Shown one piece after another: positions 1 through 10,231 of a stretch of 64,000 nt of DNA; position 1 is the stretch's first letter, and each line of letters opens with the position of its first letter. A program made the position numbers and the translations under genes. The notes under the pieces are model-generated. The model saw only the letters and a program-made list of their open reading frames with translations, had not been told where the DNA came from and searched no databases. The DNA comes from a virus, in IMG/VR virus record IMGVR_UViG_3300032257_000011. One strand, given 5' to 3'.

Positions 1-46
1 CTATGTAGACAGAATATCTAAACCACACTCAAAAAGGAGATTTATC

Positions 47-1819
47 GTGGGAAGTTTTTGGACATTTCTAATGGTGTTGCTTTCGCTTTTGGCCATAGTA
101 GGCGGGATTAGCGGAGCATTCTTTTCAGTCAAACATGGAAAAGGTCTTGCCCTCGCAGGCGGATCTCTCGTAGCAGGTATTGTTCTTGTTATGATGTTTG
201 GCTGGCTCGCTTCTTTCAGACCGATTCCGTCTGGCAAAATTGGTATCGCAACCAAGAATGCTTTAGGTGGAAAACTTCAATCAGGCGACATCATCGCTCT
301 GGATGGAGAAATGGGACAGCAAGTTACAATTCTTCGAGAAGGATGGCATTCAGGTCTTTGGCCGTTCATCTATGATGTTGACTACTATGATGTACTTGAA
401 ATTCCTCAAGGTCAGGTAGGAATCATCGAAGCAAAGGATGGCGAAGGTCTTCCTAATGGTCAAGCATACGCCCCACGATGGGACAATGTTGACAATATGC
501 TTGACCCAGTTACATTTCTTACTGCTGTATCAACTGATTCTTTAAATTCAGTTGGATATAAGGGACCACAATCAACGGTTCTCTCTCCAGGTACTCATGT
601 TTTCCATCCTGGACTTTTCAATATTACAACTGTACCAGCTACAGTTATCGCACCAGGCGAGACTGGCGTTATCAAGTCCAATGTAGGTTCTGAACCAGCT
701 ATGGATCTTGTTGTAAATGGCATTGTTCCTCGTTATGGAGCAAACGAAGAAGAGCATAGAGGGATTTGGGCAGAAGCTATGCCTCCGCAAACTCTCTATA
801 TCAATCCTCAAGCATACTACTGTATTAAGGTTCCAACCACAGTAGCTATTGTTGACTACACAGCATCTCAAGACAACAACGATGAATACACTCAAACAAG
901 CCTTGAGAATTCAATCGAAGTAAAGACGAAGGATGGTTTCAAGTTCCCTATTGATGTAAGAATCGAATATAGAATTCAACCAGCCGATGCATCTACTGTT
1001 GTTTCATTCTTCTATGATGAAAAAACAAAAAACGTGCAAAAGAAACTTCGTCAGAAGATGAATTCAACAGTCCGTTCAGTATTCCGCAACAATGCAGAAA
1101 ACGCTGGCGCTCTTGAATATATCAACAATCGTTCTCACCAAGAGATTACCTGCTTTAGCCTAATCAATACTGAAATGCAACCATTCGGAGTTACGATTAC
1201 GAAGGTCGCTATTGGAGATATTGATCCAAGGTCTGAATCAGAAGAGTTGTCAGCTCTATTGAAGACTCAGACAGATAAACAGATTGCTTTGCAGCAAGAA
1301 CTTACATATGTCCAACAGCAAGCCGCTGCAAAGGAAGAGCAGAAGCTTAATGACGAACAACAAAGAGCTGTTGAAATCAAACGATTGGCTACAGCAGACT
1401 TTGATGCTCAGATTGCTGAGCAAGAAGCTTCTCAGCAAGAGCGACGGGCACTCGGTACAGCAAACTCTGCGAAGTTGACAGCAGATGCAGAAGCTTACGC
1501 TATTCGCTTGAGAGCAACAGCAGAAGCCGAAGGTATCCTTGCTCGTCAAAAAGCAGAGGCTGAAGGATATAGAGAAAAGGCCAATGCAATTGGCGGCTCT
1601 AATCTCGCTATGATTGAACTCTTTGAGAGAATTAGTAGCGGCCAAATCAGCATTACTCCTGATATCGTCGTTGGCGGCGGAAGCGGTAATGAAGGTGGCG
1701 GGACAATCAATGGCATGTTTGCATTGATGATTCAGCGAATGATGGAAGATAGAAATACTGGTAATACATCTTGGCAGCCAAGATCAAATCCAATAGCTCA
1801 ACCTGCATCTAATGACTAA
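47..1819 (+). CDS. SPFH/band-7 (flotillin/YqiK-like) membrane protein
   Basis: N-terminal TM helix; long Ala/Glu/Gln-rich coiled coil (…AEAEGILARQKAEAEGYREKANA…) typical of flotillin-like SPFH proteins; AAGGAG SD before GTG start; terminator hairpin downstream. Confidence 0.7.
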   Translation: MGSFWTFLMVLLSLLAIVGGISGAFFSVKHGKGLALAGGSLVAGIVLVMMFGWLASFRPIPSGKIGIATKNALGGKLQSGDIIALDGEMGQQVTILREGWHSGLWPFIYDVDYYDVLEIPQGQVGIIEAKDGEGLPNGQAYAPRWDNVDNMLDPVTFLTAVSTDSLNSVGYKGPQSTVLSPGTHVFHPGLFNITTVPATVIAPGETGVIKSNVGSEPAMDLVVNGIVPRYGANEEEHRGIWAEAMPPQTLYINPQAYYCIKVPTTVAIVDYTASQDNNDEYTQTSLENSIEVKTKDGFKFPIDVRIEYRIQPADASTVVSFFYDEKTKNVQKKLRQKMNSTVRSVFRNNAENAGALEYINNRSHQEITCFSLINTEMQPFGVTITKVAIGDIDPRSESEELSALLKTQTDKQIALQQELTYVQQQAAAKEEQKLNDEQQRAVEIKRLATADFDAQIAEQEASQQERRALGTANSAKLTADAEAYAIRLRATAEAEGILARQKAEAEGYREKANAIGGSNLAMIELFERISSGQISITPDIVVGGGSGNEGGGTINGMFALMIQRMMEDRNTGNTSWQPRSNPIAQPASND

Positions 1820-1827
1820 AGGTCTCT

Positions 1828-1859
1828 CGTTGCCTTGCTGAAATGCGAGGCAACGTTTT
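1828..1859 (+). terminator. rho-independent terminator (cgttgcct…aggcaacg + TTTT)
   Basis: 8-bp perfect stem followed by T-run directly after SPFH stop. Confidence 0.6.
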
Positions 1860-1871
1860 AAGGAAACACAA

Positions 1872-2153
1872 ATGAGAAAACTAATTAACACAATCGGAAT
1901 TGGTTCTATGCTTTGGGTCGCTGTGGATGTTGCTTTACCCTTCATCCCATTTGGAGGATTAGCCTTCTCTACCAGCCTCTTGTATATATTCTACCTTGTA
2001 TTGTCTAGAACTTTATTCAAAGACGGTAAAAGAACAGAGAGTCAAGACCTTATCTCCAGTAGAGTCTCAGAGATGGACAGAGAGACAGCAGATCAATCTA
2101 TTCATAATGTAAACAACAGAATAAAAGAACTCGATATAGACATTGACTCCTGA
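1872..2153 (+). CDS. small membrane protein
   Basis: ORF track; hydrophobic N-terminus; follows terminator. Confidence 0.45.
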   Translation: MRKLINTIGIGSMLWVAVDVALPFIPFGGLAFSTSLLYIFYLVLSRTLFKDGKRTESQDLISSRVSEMDRETADQSIHNVNNRIKELDIDIDS

Positions 2154-2529
2154 AAGGCCCAATCTCATGAACAACAAGCTCCTGAAGATTCTATCATTTT
2201 TATTCATTGTTTTACTATTCGTAATTATATTCACTCTTGGGCTTATACAAACGAATACTGTGCAACCTCCTGAAAACTCTCCTCAAGGCATCCATAAAGC
2301 CTATTCAACTGTTCGCAATAGCGAATGGAGAACTTGCCCTGTAAGCGGCATTGAATACGGAGAACATCAAGCAGCTAAAATCAATCCACCAGGTTTGTCT
2401 GACGGAGATAATAAAATTGTATTTGTATACAAAGAAGTAGAGCCAATCATCGATCAAATGATTAAAGATGGCGTTGAACTCACAATCGAAGAAGCTAAAA
2501 CCCGTTGGATAAACGAACACAAAGAATAG
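2143..2529 (+). CDS. membrane-anchored hypothetical protein
   Basis: ORF track; N-terminal TM segment; overlaps upstream stop. Confidence 0.45.
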   Translation: MTPERPNLMNNKLLKILSFLFIVLLFVIIFTLGLIQTNTVQPPENSPQGIHKAYSTVRNSEWRTCPVSGIEYGEHQAAKINPPGLSDGDNKIVFVYKEVEPIIDQMIKDGVELTIEEAKTRWINEHKE

Positions 2530-2538
2530 GAAAAAGAT

Positions 2539-3963
2539 ATGCTAACAATCAGACCCGCCGCTAGAAAATCAACAAGAAAACCAATAAGAAGAACAGATGT
2601 TACTCCGAATGCTAGTACAGTTCGTCCTAGAAAATCGGATGTTTGGCCAAGCGAAATTTCAGAGCTATGGTATGATAATGGAGAGCAAGACTTAACTGCT
2701 CCGCTCGCCAATGAATGTAAGAGAATGAGACTTCTTCTTGCGAATCATTTAAACTCTAACTGTACTACTTTGAAAGAATATCTCAAAACCAAAAAAAGCA
2801 ATTTTAGCATCAGAGGAAATCCATTACTTGTTGCTTCCAAAAACAAGACCAAATCAGAGCATCAATATAACTTTGTAACAGTTTTGGATTCTGCTATTTT
2901 TGATGTCTGCATATACGACATAAAGGGTAATCATTCAAATAACTTTATGAATTTCGAAGAAGAAGTAGCATCGGGAGAGAAAATTCCTCTTGCTGTTATA
3001 AAAGAAGACTCTCTGATTATCAACGGCGATGATATGGATGGAGCTGCTCCAGATATAAATTTGAATACTATTGATATATTCAAAGACAGCCCAACCGTCA
3101 GCTTTGTAGCAATAGCTCTTCTCTTGGGATATATATCTGATCCAGAAGAAGATATTGATATGGGAGAGAATGAGTTTATTAAAGATGTTTCTTTTGAAAT
3201 AGCAAGCGATAGAATTGTTCTTTTAGATTTCAAACCTGATCAAAAAATGCCAGAGACAAGAAAGAACGTTATAGATGGTTTCCATGAAGCCAAAAGAAAC
3301 AAGAAAAAAGTCAATGGAGTATCAGCTAGAAGAGACTACCTCAATAGTCTTACTCCCCCAAGTCCAGGTTTTACATTAATGGACTCTTCTCATGGTAAGC
3401 TTCAGTGGCATAGAGCTTCTACTTGTATTATCTCCCACAAGATGACCTCCAAAGCTAAAAAGACAGATTACTGGTTGATTGGAATGGACGAAGGCGCTTA
3501 TTTTGGATGCGTACTCAAAGACTCTGTAAAGAATATAGAAGAAGCCTTTAATTCTCTTATGCCAGCAGCAGCTAGGAATAGTTCAGGATTTATTCGCCAA
3601 GGCGAATGGTTTGCTGTTCCAATTAGCGAAAAAGAAGTTCCATCGCTTCTTGAGGCTATTTATTTTGGAGAAGGGAACGCAAGCATTTGCTTACCTGTTC
3701 AAGATGAAAGATCCAATAGACACTATGTTTGTGTGGGAGAATCCTCTAGTTTTAGAAACAGTATGAATGGCGAGTTTAGACTTAATAAAAAGGGAACTCT
3801 TTTTGCTAGAGGTTTCTCTCTTGTTCATAAAGAGCCAGCAAGCGAAGGCGGATATGAAACTGGAGAGCATGAAGACCTCAATACTCCAACGTCAAGCCAA
3901 TGGTATACTTTCCATGAGAATACAGCTCTAAGGTCTGTATCTCTAGGGAATGGAGTTGACTAA
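2539..3963 (+). CDS. hypothetical protein (474 aa)
   Basis: long ORF in tiling + strand array; GGAAAAAG SD before ATG. Confidence 0.6.
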   Translation: MLTIRPAARKSTRKPIRRTDVTPNASTVRPRKSDVWPSEISELWYDNGEQDLTAPLANECKRMRLLLANHLNSNCTTLKEYLKTKKSNFSIRGNPLLVASKNKTKSEHQYNFVTVLDSAIFDVCIYDIKGNHSNNFMNFEEEVASGEKIPLAVIKEDSLIINGDDMDGAAPDINLNTIDIFKDSPTVSFVAIALLLGYISDPEEDIDMGENEFIKDVSFEIASDRIVLLDFKPDQKMPETRKNVIDGFHEAKRNKKKVNGVSARRDYLNSLTPPSPGFTLMDSSHGKLQWHRASTCIISHKMTSKAKKTDYWLIGMDEGAYFGCVLKDSVKNIEEAFNSLMPAAARNSSGFIRQGEWFAVPISEKEVPSLLEAIYFGEGNASICLPVQDERSNRHYVCVGESSSFRNSMNGEFRLNKKGTLFARGFSLVHKEPASEGGYETGEHEDLNTPTSSQWYTFHENTALRSVSLGNGVD

Positions 3964-4157
3964 TGGACTTGACTGATTATAGAGCATTGTCCAAAAGCCT
4001 CAATGAAGAATTGTATCGAGTAAGAACAACTCAGCAAGCTTCTGGACATGCTCTTGATCGAGTAAGACAATTCCTTGGCCTGGATCTTATTAGGAATGAG
4101 CATCCTTCTGATACAGCAAAAAGGATTGAGAAATCCATTGGAGATTCTAGAAAATGA
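3963..4157 (+). CDS. hypothetical small protein
   Basis: ORF track; TAATG stop/start overlap. Confidence 0.35.
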   Translation: MDLTDYRALSKSLNEELYRVRTTQQASGHALDRVRQFLGLDLIRNEHPSDTAKRIEKSIGDSRK

Positions 4158-4459
4158 ATATAGAAAACGTATTATATGTTATAGTTCCATCCTTCATCGT
4201 TGTTCTAGTTGCGTTTGCTCTTATCCAACTACGCAGGCACTCTAAGAGCGAACGGTTCATAAGAAACGCTCACAAAGAAAAAGTAAATAGCCTTATGAAA
4301 GTAATTGAGCTATATCATATGGGAGTATTAGAAATGCAAAAGAAAGGATTACATCCAGGCTGTTCTTGTAGCAAAGATGAATGTAGTCCTGGTTTTTGTA
4401 TGAACTGCTGTTTTATTGATGCAGAATCCAAAATTATTGATGACTCAGTGGGTAAGTAA
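4154..4459 (+). CDS. membrane-anchored Cys-rich small protein
   Basis: ORF track; ATGA overlap with upstream; TM helix then CSCSKDECSPGFCMNCC cluster. Confidence 0.4.
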   Translation: MNIENVLYVIVPSFIVVLVAFALIQLRRHSKSERFIRNAHKEKVNSLMKVIELYHMGVLEMQKKGLHPGCSCSKDECSPGFCMNCCFIDAESKIIDDSVGK

Positions 4460-5023
4460 ATGAAATCTTATATTTACGACATGAATAAAAGAGAGATGTT
4501 TTGGAGCATATTCGTATATGTTCTTCTGTCTTTCTTATTCATAATTGGACCAAGGATTCCAGGAATTACAGGCTATGTATTTTCTTCTATACTGCTTATT
4601 TTAATGGTCATTTCTTTGGGTATGTTTTATATGTTTATATACAGTCCAGATTCCAATGCTGACAAGTTGAAATACAACTATGCTTATCCGATTGCTTGTG
4701 GTTTTGCGATATCTTCTCTTGCAACCATTTGTCTTGGGTGCATTTCTCTTATGACTTCTATGGGATATACATTAAATATATTTCTTATTGGATTTCTTCT
4801 TTCGTTTGTAATACTTTTTCATGCTCCTATCTTTGTCGGGTCTTCCTCTGTCCTTTATACTCTTTTCACTTTCTCCATAGACATTGATAAAGAAAAAACA
4901 AAAAACAGAAATTGCTCTGATCTTGAAGAGCATTTTGGAGCCATATACCTCACGAGTCTTTATTCGATAGGCTTGTGGTCATTGATAATCGAAAGCATAG
5001 GCATTGCCAAGATAATAATGTGA
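4460..5023 (+). CDS. polytopic membrane protein
   Basis: ORF track; 4-5 predicted hydrophobic helices. Confidence 0.5.
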   Translation: MKSYIYDMNKREMFWSIFVYVLLSFLFIIGPRIPGITGYVFSSILLILMVISLGMFYMFIYSPDSNADKLKYNYAYPIACGFAISSLATICLGCISLMTSMGYTLNIFLIGFLLSFVILFHAPIFVGSSSVLYTLFTFSIDIDKEKTKNRNCSDLEEHFGAIYLTSLYSIGLWSLIIESIGIAKIIM

Positions 5024-5031
5024 GATTCGTT

Positions 5032-5292
5032 ATGAGAATAAGAAAATCTAGACTTACGAATAAGACCATAAAAGGTATTTCTTCTTCTCATTCCCGAAAA
5101 AGATGGAGAGAAAGAGCCTATGCCAAAGACAAGAAAAAGAAGTGTCCTGCATGCAAACGCAGTTACAATAAAGCCGAAAGAAGAGTAACAGTAGACCATA
5201 TCATCCCACTATCTAAAGGCGGCAAAGATGATAAGAGCAATTGGCAACTTATGTGTCAACTATGCAATAAGATAAAAGGTAATACAATCTAA
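5032..5292 (+). CDS. HNH endonuclease
   Basis: CPACK…VDHIIPLSKGG…NWQLMCQLCNKIKGN = HNH/zinc motif; start moved to in-frame ATG after upstream stop. Confidence 0.75.
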   Translation: MRIRKSRLTNKTIKGISSSHSRKRWRERAYAKDKKKKCPACKRSYNKAERRVTVDHIIPLSKGGKDDKSNWQLMCQLCNKIKGNTI

Positions 5293-5843
5293 TGCCCAGC
5301 AGAAATAGACATAATCAAAGTAATATAACCAGCACAGGAAGAAAAACTTTTGATCAAATATCAAGAGAAGGGCAGATATCTCGTCGCAAGCAAAGAGAAA
5401 GAGATGACGAGATTAGGCAGATGATAAGGGAAGAGCTTGATGAAAGAGGCTACATGAATGTCGAAGACATGAACCGTGATAGAATTGAGTCTACTGATTT
5501 TGCTAACAACCAGCTTAGCGAGATAATGCCAATCATGCAAGAACTTAAGTGGTGGCCTGATGACATGTTTAATATAAAAGGAAAAGGATGGATAATGACA
5601 AGAACTTCTAGGTTAAATGGAACATCCGAAGTTCAAATATCTTCAGCACAAGTTCTCGCTATTGCAAGGGATGTAGCTATAAGAAATCTTGGGTCTTCTT
5701 GGCTAAAGTCTAATCCAAATAAATTTGAAGATACAGATTTCTATGCAGTATATGATATAATCAATAGGAACTATGGAGGCTCAATAGCAACCGCCATGTC
5801 TCTTGAATTAGATAAAAAGAAAGAAGCTAAAAATGGGAAATAG
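5292..5843 (+). CDS. hypothetical protein
   Basis: ORF track; TAATG overlap. Confidence 0.5.
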   Translation: MPSRNRHNQSNITSTGRKTFDQISREGQISRRKQRERDDEIRQMIREELDERGYMNVEDMNRDRIESTDFANNQLSEIMPIMQELKWWPDDMFNIKGKGWIMTRTSRLNGTSEVQISSAQVLAIARDVAIRNLGSSWLKSNPNKFEDTDFYAVYDIINRNYGGSIATAMSLELDKKKEAKNGK

Positions 5844-6126
5844 AAAAACAGCAACAAGTTCTTCGATATCTGAAAAAAGCGTTATGGATAACATAATCCA
5901 TGATGATAGATGCTCATGTCCTAGATGTTCAGGAGTAGAGTCTGATGACCAACCCGTTTACGACGTTGAGGCTTCTGTAGATAAATTGCAGTCAAGGAAT
6001 GAATTATTAGAAAAGTGTATTCAAGAGTTTGTTGATAATTGGGATTCTATAAACTCAACTCAAGAAGAAGCGATGGCAGAAAGATTTCAAATGATATTAG
6101 AAAACAAGCATTGGGGAATACGATGA
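5833..6126 (+). CDS. hypothetical protein with CxxC…CxxC
   Basis: ORF track; CSCPRCSG motif. Confidence 0.4.
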   Translation: MGNRKTATSSSISEKSVMDNIIHDDRCSCPRCSGVESDDQPVYDVEASVDKLQSRNELLEKCIQEFVDNWDSINSTQEEAMAERFQMILENKHWGIR

Positions 6127-6404
6127 ATTACTACTTCAATAACATAACAAACAATTTCGATACTGGGACTGAGCCTCCGAAATCTATAGCCATAATCGTT
6201 GACATAGAGTCATACGACAACGATGGCTCATGGGATAGCGATTTTGATTTCCTTCAAGACACATTTGATAGCATCAAGGTTCTCAATGATATGACAGAAG
6301 AAATTGAATGCGTATGGAGTTCAGAGTCATTGGACTATGAACAACTAAAAACGCATCTTCTATCTCTAGGACTTACCGAAAATATAGAACTCCAAATGGA
6401 ATAA
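6123..6404 (+). CDS. acidic hypothetical protein
   Basis: in-frame ATG overlapping upstream stop (ATGA). Confidence 0.4.
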   Translation: MNYYFNNITNNFDTGTEPPKSIAIIVDIESYDNDGSWDSDFDFLQDTFDSIKVLNDMTEEIECVWSSESLDYEQLKTHLLSLGLTENIELQME

Positions 6405-6411
6405 TATTGCT

Positions 6412-7014
6412 ATGAAAAAATGTTCAAACCATCCAGCTCTCATAGCTCTAGACCTGATGAATTCCTATCCTGACTTTACTCGTGTATCTACTTTTGCTAC
6501 TAAGGCTTACAGTGGAACGATAGATAGAGTAATAGGAGAAGAGTGGAATTTAGATGCGCTCAATCTTGCAATAAAAATGCTTCGAAATATAAAACATGGA
6601 CGGCAAACAGCAGAGCAGTCATATAGATACGCTCATAGTAATTTTGAAGACCGCTTCAAGGGCGAAGCCTATTTCAAGAAAGCAATGCTAGAAGCTTATA
6701 ATAGAAAACAAGAATTTATAGATAAAGTAAATAGTTGGGACTTTGAAGAATATCCAGAGGAAGTAGAAATAGAGGCTGTACCCGCAGATTCTCCTGGCGC
6801 AAAAATAATATTTGATGAAGAAGAAGCCGAATTGGATAAGGCAGAAGAATCTATAAAAAATGAATGCCCCACGATTAGGGTTACATCTACAGATTCAGCC
6901 ACTGAAGGTTTAGAATATAAGCTATATTCCTATCAAATGAATGTAACAAGCACTGGCACTGATAACGAAGAAAGATTCGTGTATTGGAAATCAACAGATA
7001 CAAACGAATATTAG
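6412..7014 (+). CDS. hypothetical protein
   Basis: ORF track. Confidence 0.5.
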   Translation: MKKCSNHPALIALDLMNSYPDFTRVSTFATKAYSGTIDRVIGEEWNLDALNLAIKMLRNIKHGRQTAEQSYRYAHSNFEDRFKGEAYFKKAMLEAYNRKQEFIDKVNSWDFEEYPEEVEIEAVPADSPGAKIIFDEEEAELDKAEESIKNECPTIRVTSTDSATEGLEYKLYSYQMNVTSTGTDNEERFVYWKSTDTNEY

Positions 7015-7101
7015 CCGATAATACCCTGTCTTAGGATGAAGGTATTGCTCTGTTTTTTATTAAATAGAGAATAAGCCTACATATTAGTAAAGGGTAATAT
7101 T

Positions 7102-7935
7102 ATGACAGAATTGATGCCAGAAGATGAAGACTTGTTTTCTATAGAATGTATTATGATTCTACTACACTTGAACCCAGGTCTAAATATTGAATATTCAAAG
7201 CCTCTAGTCATCATATTGGAAGGAAAATTATTTGACCTTTCTCCTGTCTATAGGCTATCTAATTTATCCAGTTTTTCTAAAGAACTAGTTGAGAATTATT
7301 TCGCTCATCTATTAGAAGCAGAAGATGCTCTACAGGATGAGGCTCTTTATGATTTTGATTATGTTCGGGAAAAAATATTCCCCCGAATACAAAGCAGAAA
7401 AATAATCAGAGAGTTGAACACAAATGGAATTGCTTACACTGATTGGGTAAACGATTGCATCATCACCTATGTAATTGATTTTCCATCTATGACAATATCT
7501 GTCAATAGAGATCAGGTCAATGGATGGAAAACAAACATGGATGAACTTCATGATATTGCGCTCGACAATCTAAGAGACACTATGGAGAGTATTGACTTTG
7601 AATACTTCGAACTAAAAAATGGACTAGAGGCAATAATACTAAAGACCGAAGATGGATATGATGCTTCAAGAATAATTACACCAGAACTATTTCAAGAAGT
7701 ATCTGCTCGATTTGGCGGAGACTTCTATGTCGGCATTCCAGCAAGAGATATGCTCTTTGCCATTCCCGCAAATCATATGAATAAAAAACTCTTGAATCGA
7801 GTGAAGAGAGGCATGATGAAAGAATATAATCACCTGCCATATCCTATCACTTCAAAACTTTTCTATGTTACACTCGACGGGGTTGCTGCCGGTTTTATTG
7901 ACAAACCACTAGCAAGTGATAACGATAACGAGTAA
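7102..7935 (+). CDS. hypothetical protein
   Basis: ORF track; SD AAAGGG. Confidence 0.55.
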   Translation: MTELMPEDEDLFSIECIMILLHLNPGLNIEYSKPLVIILEGKLFDLSPVYRLSNLSSFSKELVENYFAHLLEAEDALQDEALYDFDYVREKIFPRIQSRKIIRELNTNGIAYTDWVNDCIITYVIDFPSMTISVNRDQVNGWKTNMDELHDIALDNLRDTMESIDFEYFELKNGLEAIILKTEDGYDASRIITPELFQEVSARFGGDFYVGIPARDMLFAIPANHMNKKLLNRVKRGMMKEYNHLPYPITSKLFYVTLDGVAAGFIDKPLASDNDNE

Positions 7936-7944
7936 AATCGTTAC

Positions 7945-8397
7945 ATGATTGGATTATCAAAAAATCAAATAGAAAAAATAGAACTCATCTCATCTTCTGA
8001 AAATGTTTGCTTAACAGCCATTCTTCGTAAGGTTGTTATCGAAAGAGAATACAGCGAAGATGTCCTTATTGCTGTTTCTTCCTTCAATGTATCTACACAA
8101 CACGCATCGCCCAGCGTGTACTTGCCTCTAGTCAATAACTTAAAATTACTAAAGATTGATCCTAACGGAAAGCATGCTCACCTATATGGTTATCTATCAT
8201 CTATATGCGCTCTTATTACAATGATGGGTCCAGATGTCTATGTAAGAACAGGAATCGACACAGTAGAACAATATGAAAGCGACAAAAATCTTGGTATTAT
8301 AAAAGTATTTTCTGCTCAAGAAATAATGGATCTATCTTTTGGGTATATTGAGCCAAAAGCTATTGAAGAAATAAATCACGATGACGTTCCATTCTAA
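7945..8397 (+). CDS. tandem paralog family member 1 (shared …L..GxxVYxP/R core)
   Basis: shares motif with next four ORFs. Confidence 0.5.
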   Translation: MIGLSKNQIEKIELISSSENVCLTAILRKVVIEREYSEDVLIAVSSFNVSTQHASPSVYLPLVNNLKLLKIDPNGKHAHLYGYLSSICALITMMGPDVYVRTGIDTVEQYESDKNLGIIKVFSAQEIMDLSFGYIEPKAIEEINHDDVPF

Positions 8398-8411
8398 TAT
8401 ATGAGATTACT

Positions 8412-9203
8412 ATGTTTGAAGAAAATATAAACGCTATAAAAAGAATGACGGAAGAAGATACAGTTTATCTTGCTGTTGTTTGTTCATTCGTTAGACAAGA
8501 GACCCTTATGGCAAGAAATATGATTGTTGCTTGCTGCGACGAACCTATGGGTCCAGTAGACTTTTCTATATTATCTTGCATTGATGCCCCAGCCAGAGTT
8601 CAAGATGTTCATCCGACTATTCAAAGATACGGAGCTACTCCTCTAAATAATGCGAGAAGAGGAGACATGATGTCTTCCCTTAGAGGATATGCTACAATGC
8701 TCACCGTTATGGGCATAAAAGTTTACATGCCAATAAGGAAAAGTTATTCATCAAAAAGAAAAGGTGGCTCGCTCGTTGTAAAGAATCCAGGCATCGGAGG
8801 CGAAGCTGTTTATGAATCATCTTATGACAAAGCGGCTCACGAAAAAGAGTTTACCTTTTTTGAATTCGATCCAACAAATAAAGAACAGTTCAATTACTCA
8901 ATCCCAATCATATCCGCAAAAGACTTTGTAAAATCATTTGACTCTCTTGCTTATGATGTTGATCTGAACAGGTTCTTCCATGACCATGAAGATTCTGAAT
9001 ATTGGCAACAGATGATGGGGGACAGCTATAGTCCTGAAGAATCAAAATTAAAGATCGAACAAGAAAAGCTAAAAGAATTACAAGACACATTATTTCTCGT
9101 TCAGAATAATATGATTTCTCAAGAACAAGCTGTGAATAAAATAACGTCCACGTCCAAGACCTTTGATGAAAGACTAAAAGAAACATTTGGGAGAAATCAA
9201 TGA
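8412..9203 (+). CDS. tandem paralog family member 2
   Basis: LRGYATMLTVMGIKVYMPI core. Confidence 0.55.
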   Translation: MFEENINAIKRMTEEDTVYLAVVCSFVRQETLMARNMIVACCDEPMGPVDFSILSCIDAPARVQDVHPTIQRYGATPLNNARRGDMMSSLRGYATMLTVMGIKVYMPIRKSYSSKRKGGSLVVKNPGIGGEAVYESSYDKAAHEKEFTFFEFDPTNKEQFNYSIPIISAKDFVKSFDSLAYDVDLNRFFHDHEDSEYWQQMMGDSYSPEESKLKIEQEKLKELQDTLFLVQNNMISQEQAVNKITSTSKTFDERLKETFGRNQ

Positions 9204-9643
9204 CAACATCAATAGATAAGTTGCTAATCTATAACCATCAAGAGCTTTCTGGTGTTCTAGATAATGATAGAATATTTATAGCAGCAGTTATGGAAGATGA
9301 GCCAATACGAACAGGCGAACCATTCTATAAATTGCAAGCCATTGCAATGAATCTAGATACTTTAGAAATAGCAGCCCTTGGTCCAAGAACTTATGGGCAG
9401 CACTTGGACCAGTCTAATTCAAATTATAAAGGCTTGTTTACTGAGCTGTCTACTTCGGCAAGAGTTCTTACATGTACTGGCGTTGAAGTTCTTTACATAC
9501 CAAGAAAAAAGAACCAATCCATTCCACCTGATGAGATAAGAATCTTTGACCCTTCTCAAGAAGAAACCGCTCATCACATTTCTAATATAAGAGACTTTGA
9601 AAAATTCAAAACGGACCTCTACCAAATGTCTTTGGATCTATAA
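9200..9643 (+). CDS. tandem paralog family member 3
   Basis: SARVLTCTGVEVLYIP core; ATGA overlap. Confidence 0.5.
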   Translation: MTTSIDKLLIYNHQELSGVLDNDRIFIAAVMEDEPIRTGEPFYKLQAIAMNLDTLEIAALGPRTYGQHLDQSNSNYKGLFTELSTSARVLTCTGVEVLYIPRKKNQSIPPDEIRIFDPSQEETAHHISNIRDFEKFKTDLYQMSLDL

Positions 9644-10230
9644 TGGCAAAACCTAAAAATATAATCTACGACTCAAGAACCTTTACTGATAAGGAGAAGA
9701 AGAAGATGCAGGCACAAGCTGCCCCGTTTTCTGAATATCTCTATGAAAAAATTCTAACAGAATCTTCTAGAGTTCTTGTCTTCGCATCTTTTGATAAAAA
9801 GATAAAGCATATCGCCGGAGAAAAAGGCGTAACCACAAACACAAGAAGACTCGTTCAGCCATACATAATGTCTCTTGATGACCGCCTTGATTATGAACTA
9901 TTATACACGCCACTCTCAACACTAAGTATTTGCGGGTCAAGGTCTTCAGATAGAGCATTCATTCCAGTGTTTGCAGCCATAGAAGCCGCGTCCAATGTAC
10001 TCGCAATAAATGGAGTAGAAGTATTTCATTCGCCAGTGCGGATAGGAGATGTTGAGATACAACCTTATAACATCTTTACTCCTGAAGCTTGCTATATAGA
10101 AGAATGGGAACCGCGAAAGAAATGGTATCAAACCCATTGGGAAAGACCTCGGATAAACGCTCTTTCAGGAGTGTATAAGGCTGCTCAAGAATTTGTATAT
10201 GACCTAAGAATGAAAACAACGGAAGTTTAA
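9643..10230 (+). CDS. tandem paralog family member 4
   Basis: ASNVLAINGVEVFHSP core; TAATG overlap. Confidence 0.5.
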   Translation: MAKPKNIIYDSRTFTDKEKKKMQAQAAPFSEYLYEKILTESSRVLVFASFDKKIKHIAGEKGVTTNTRRLVQPYIMSLDDRLDYELLYTPLSTLSICGSRSSDRAFIPVFAAIEAASNVLAINGVEVFHSPVRIGDVEIQPYNIFTPEACYIEEWEPRKKWYQTHWERPRINALSGVYKAAQEFVYDLRMKTTEV

Positions 10231-10231
10231 T

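Noticed and set aside
572-1645. Minus-strand ORFs (572..895, 1256..1645) inside the SPFH gene, and the many other 60-130-aa minus-strand ORFs
   Set aside because: They are fully contained in well-supported + strand genes and sit on the shadow strand of a coiled-coil coding region. The genome is otherwise unidirectional.
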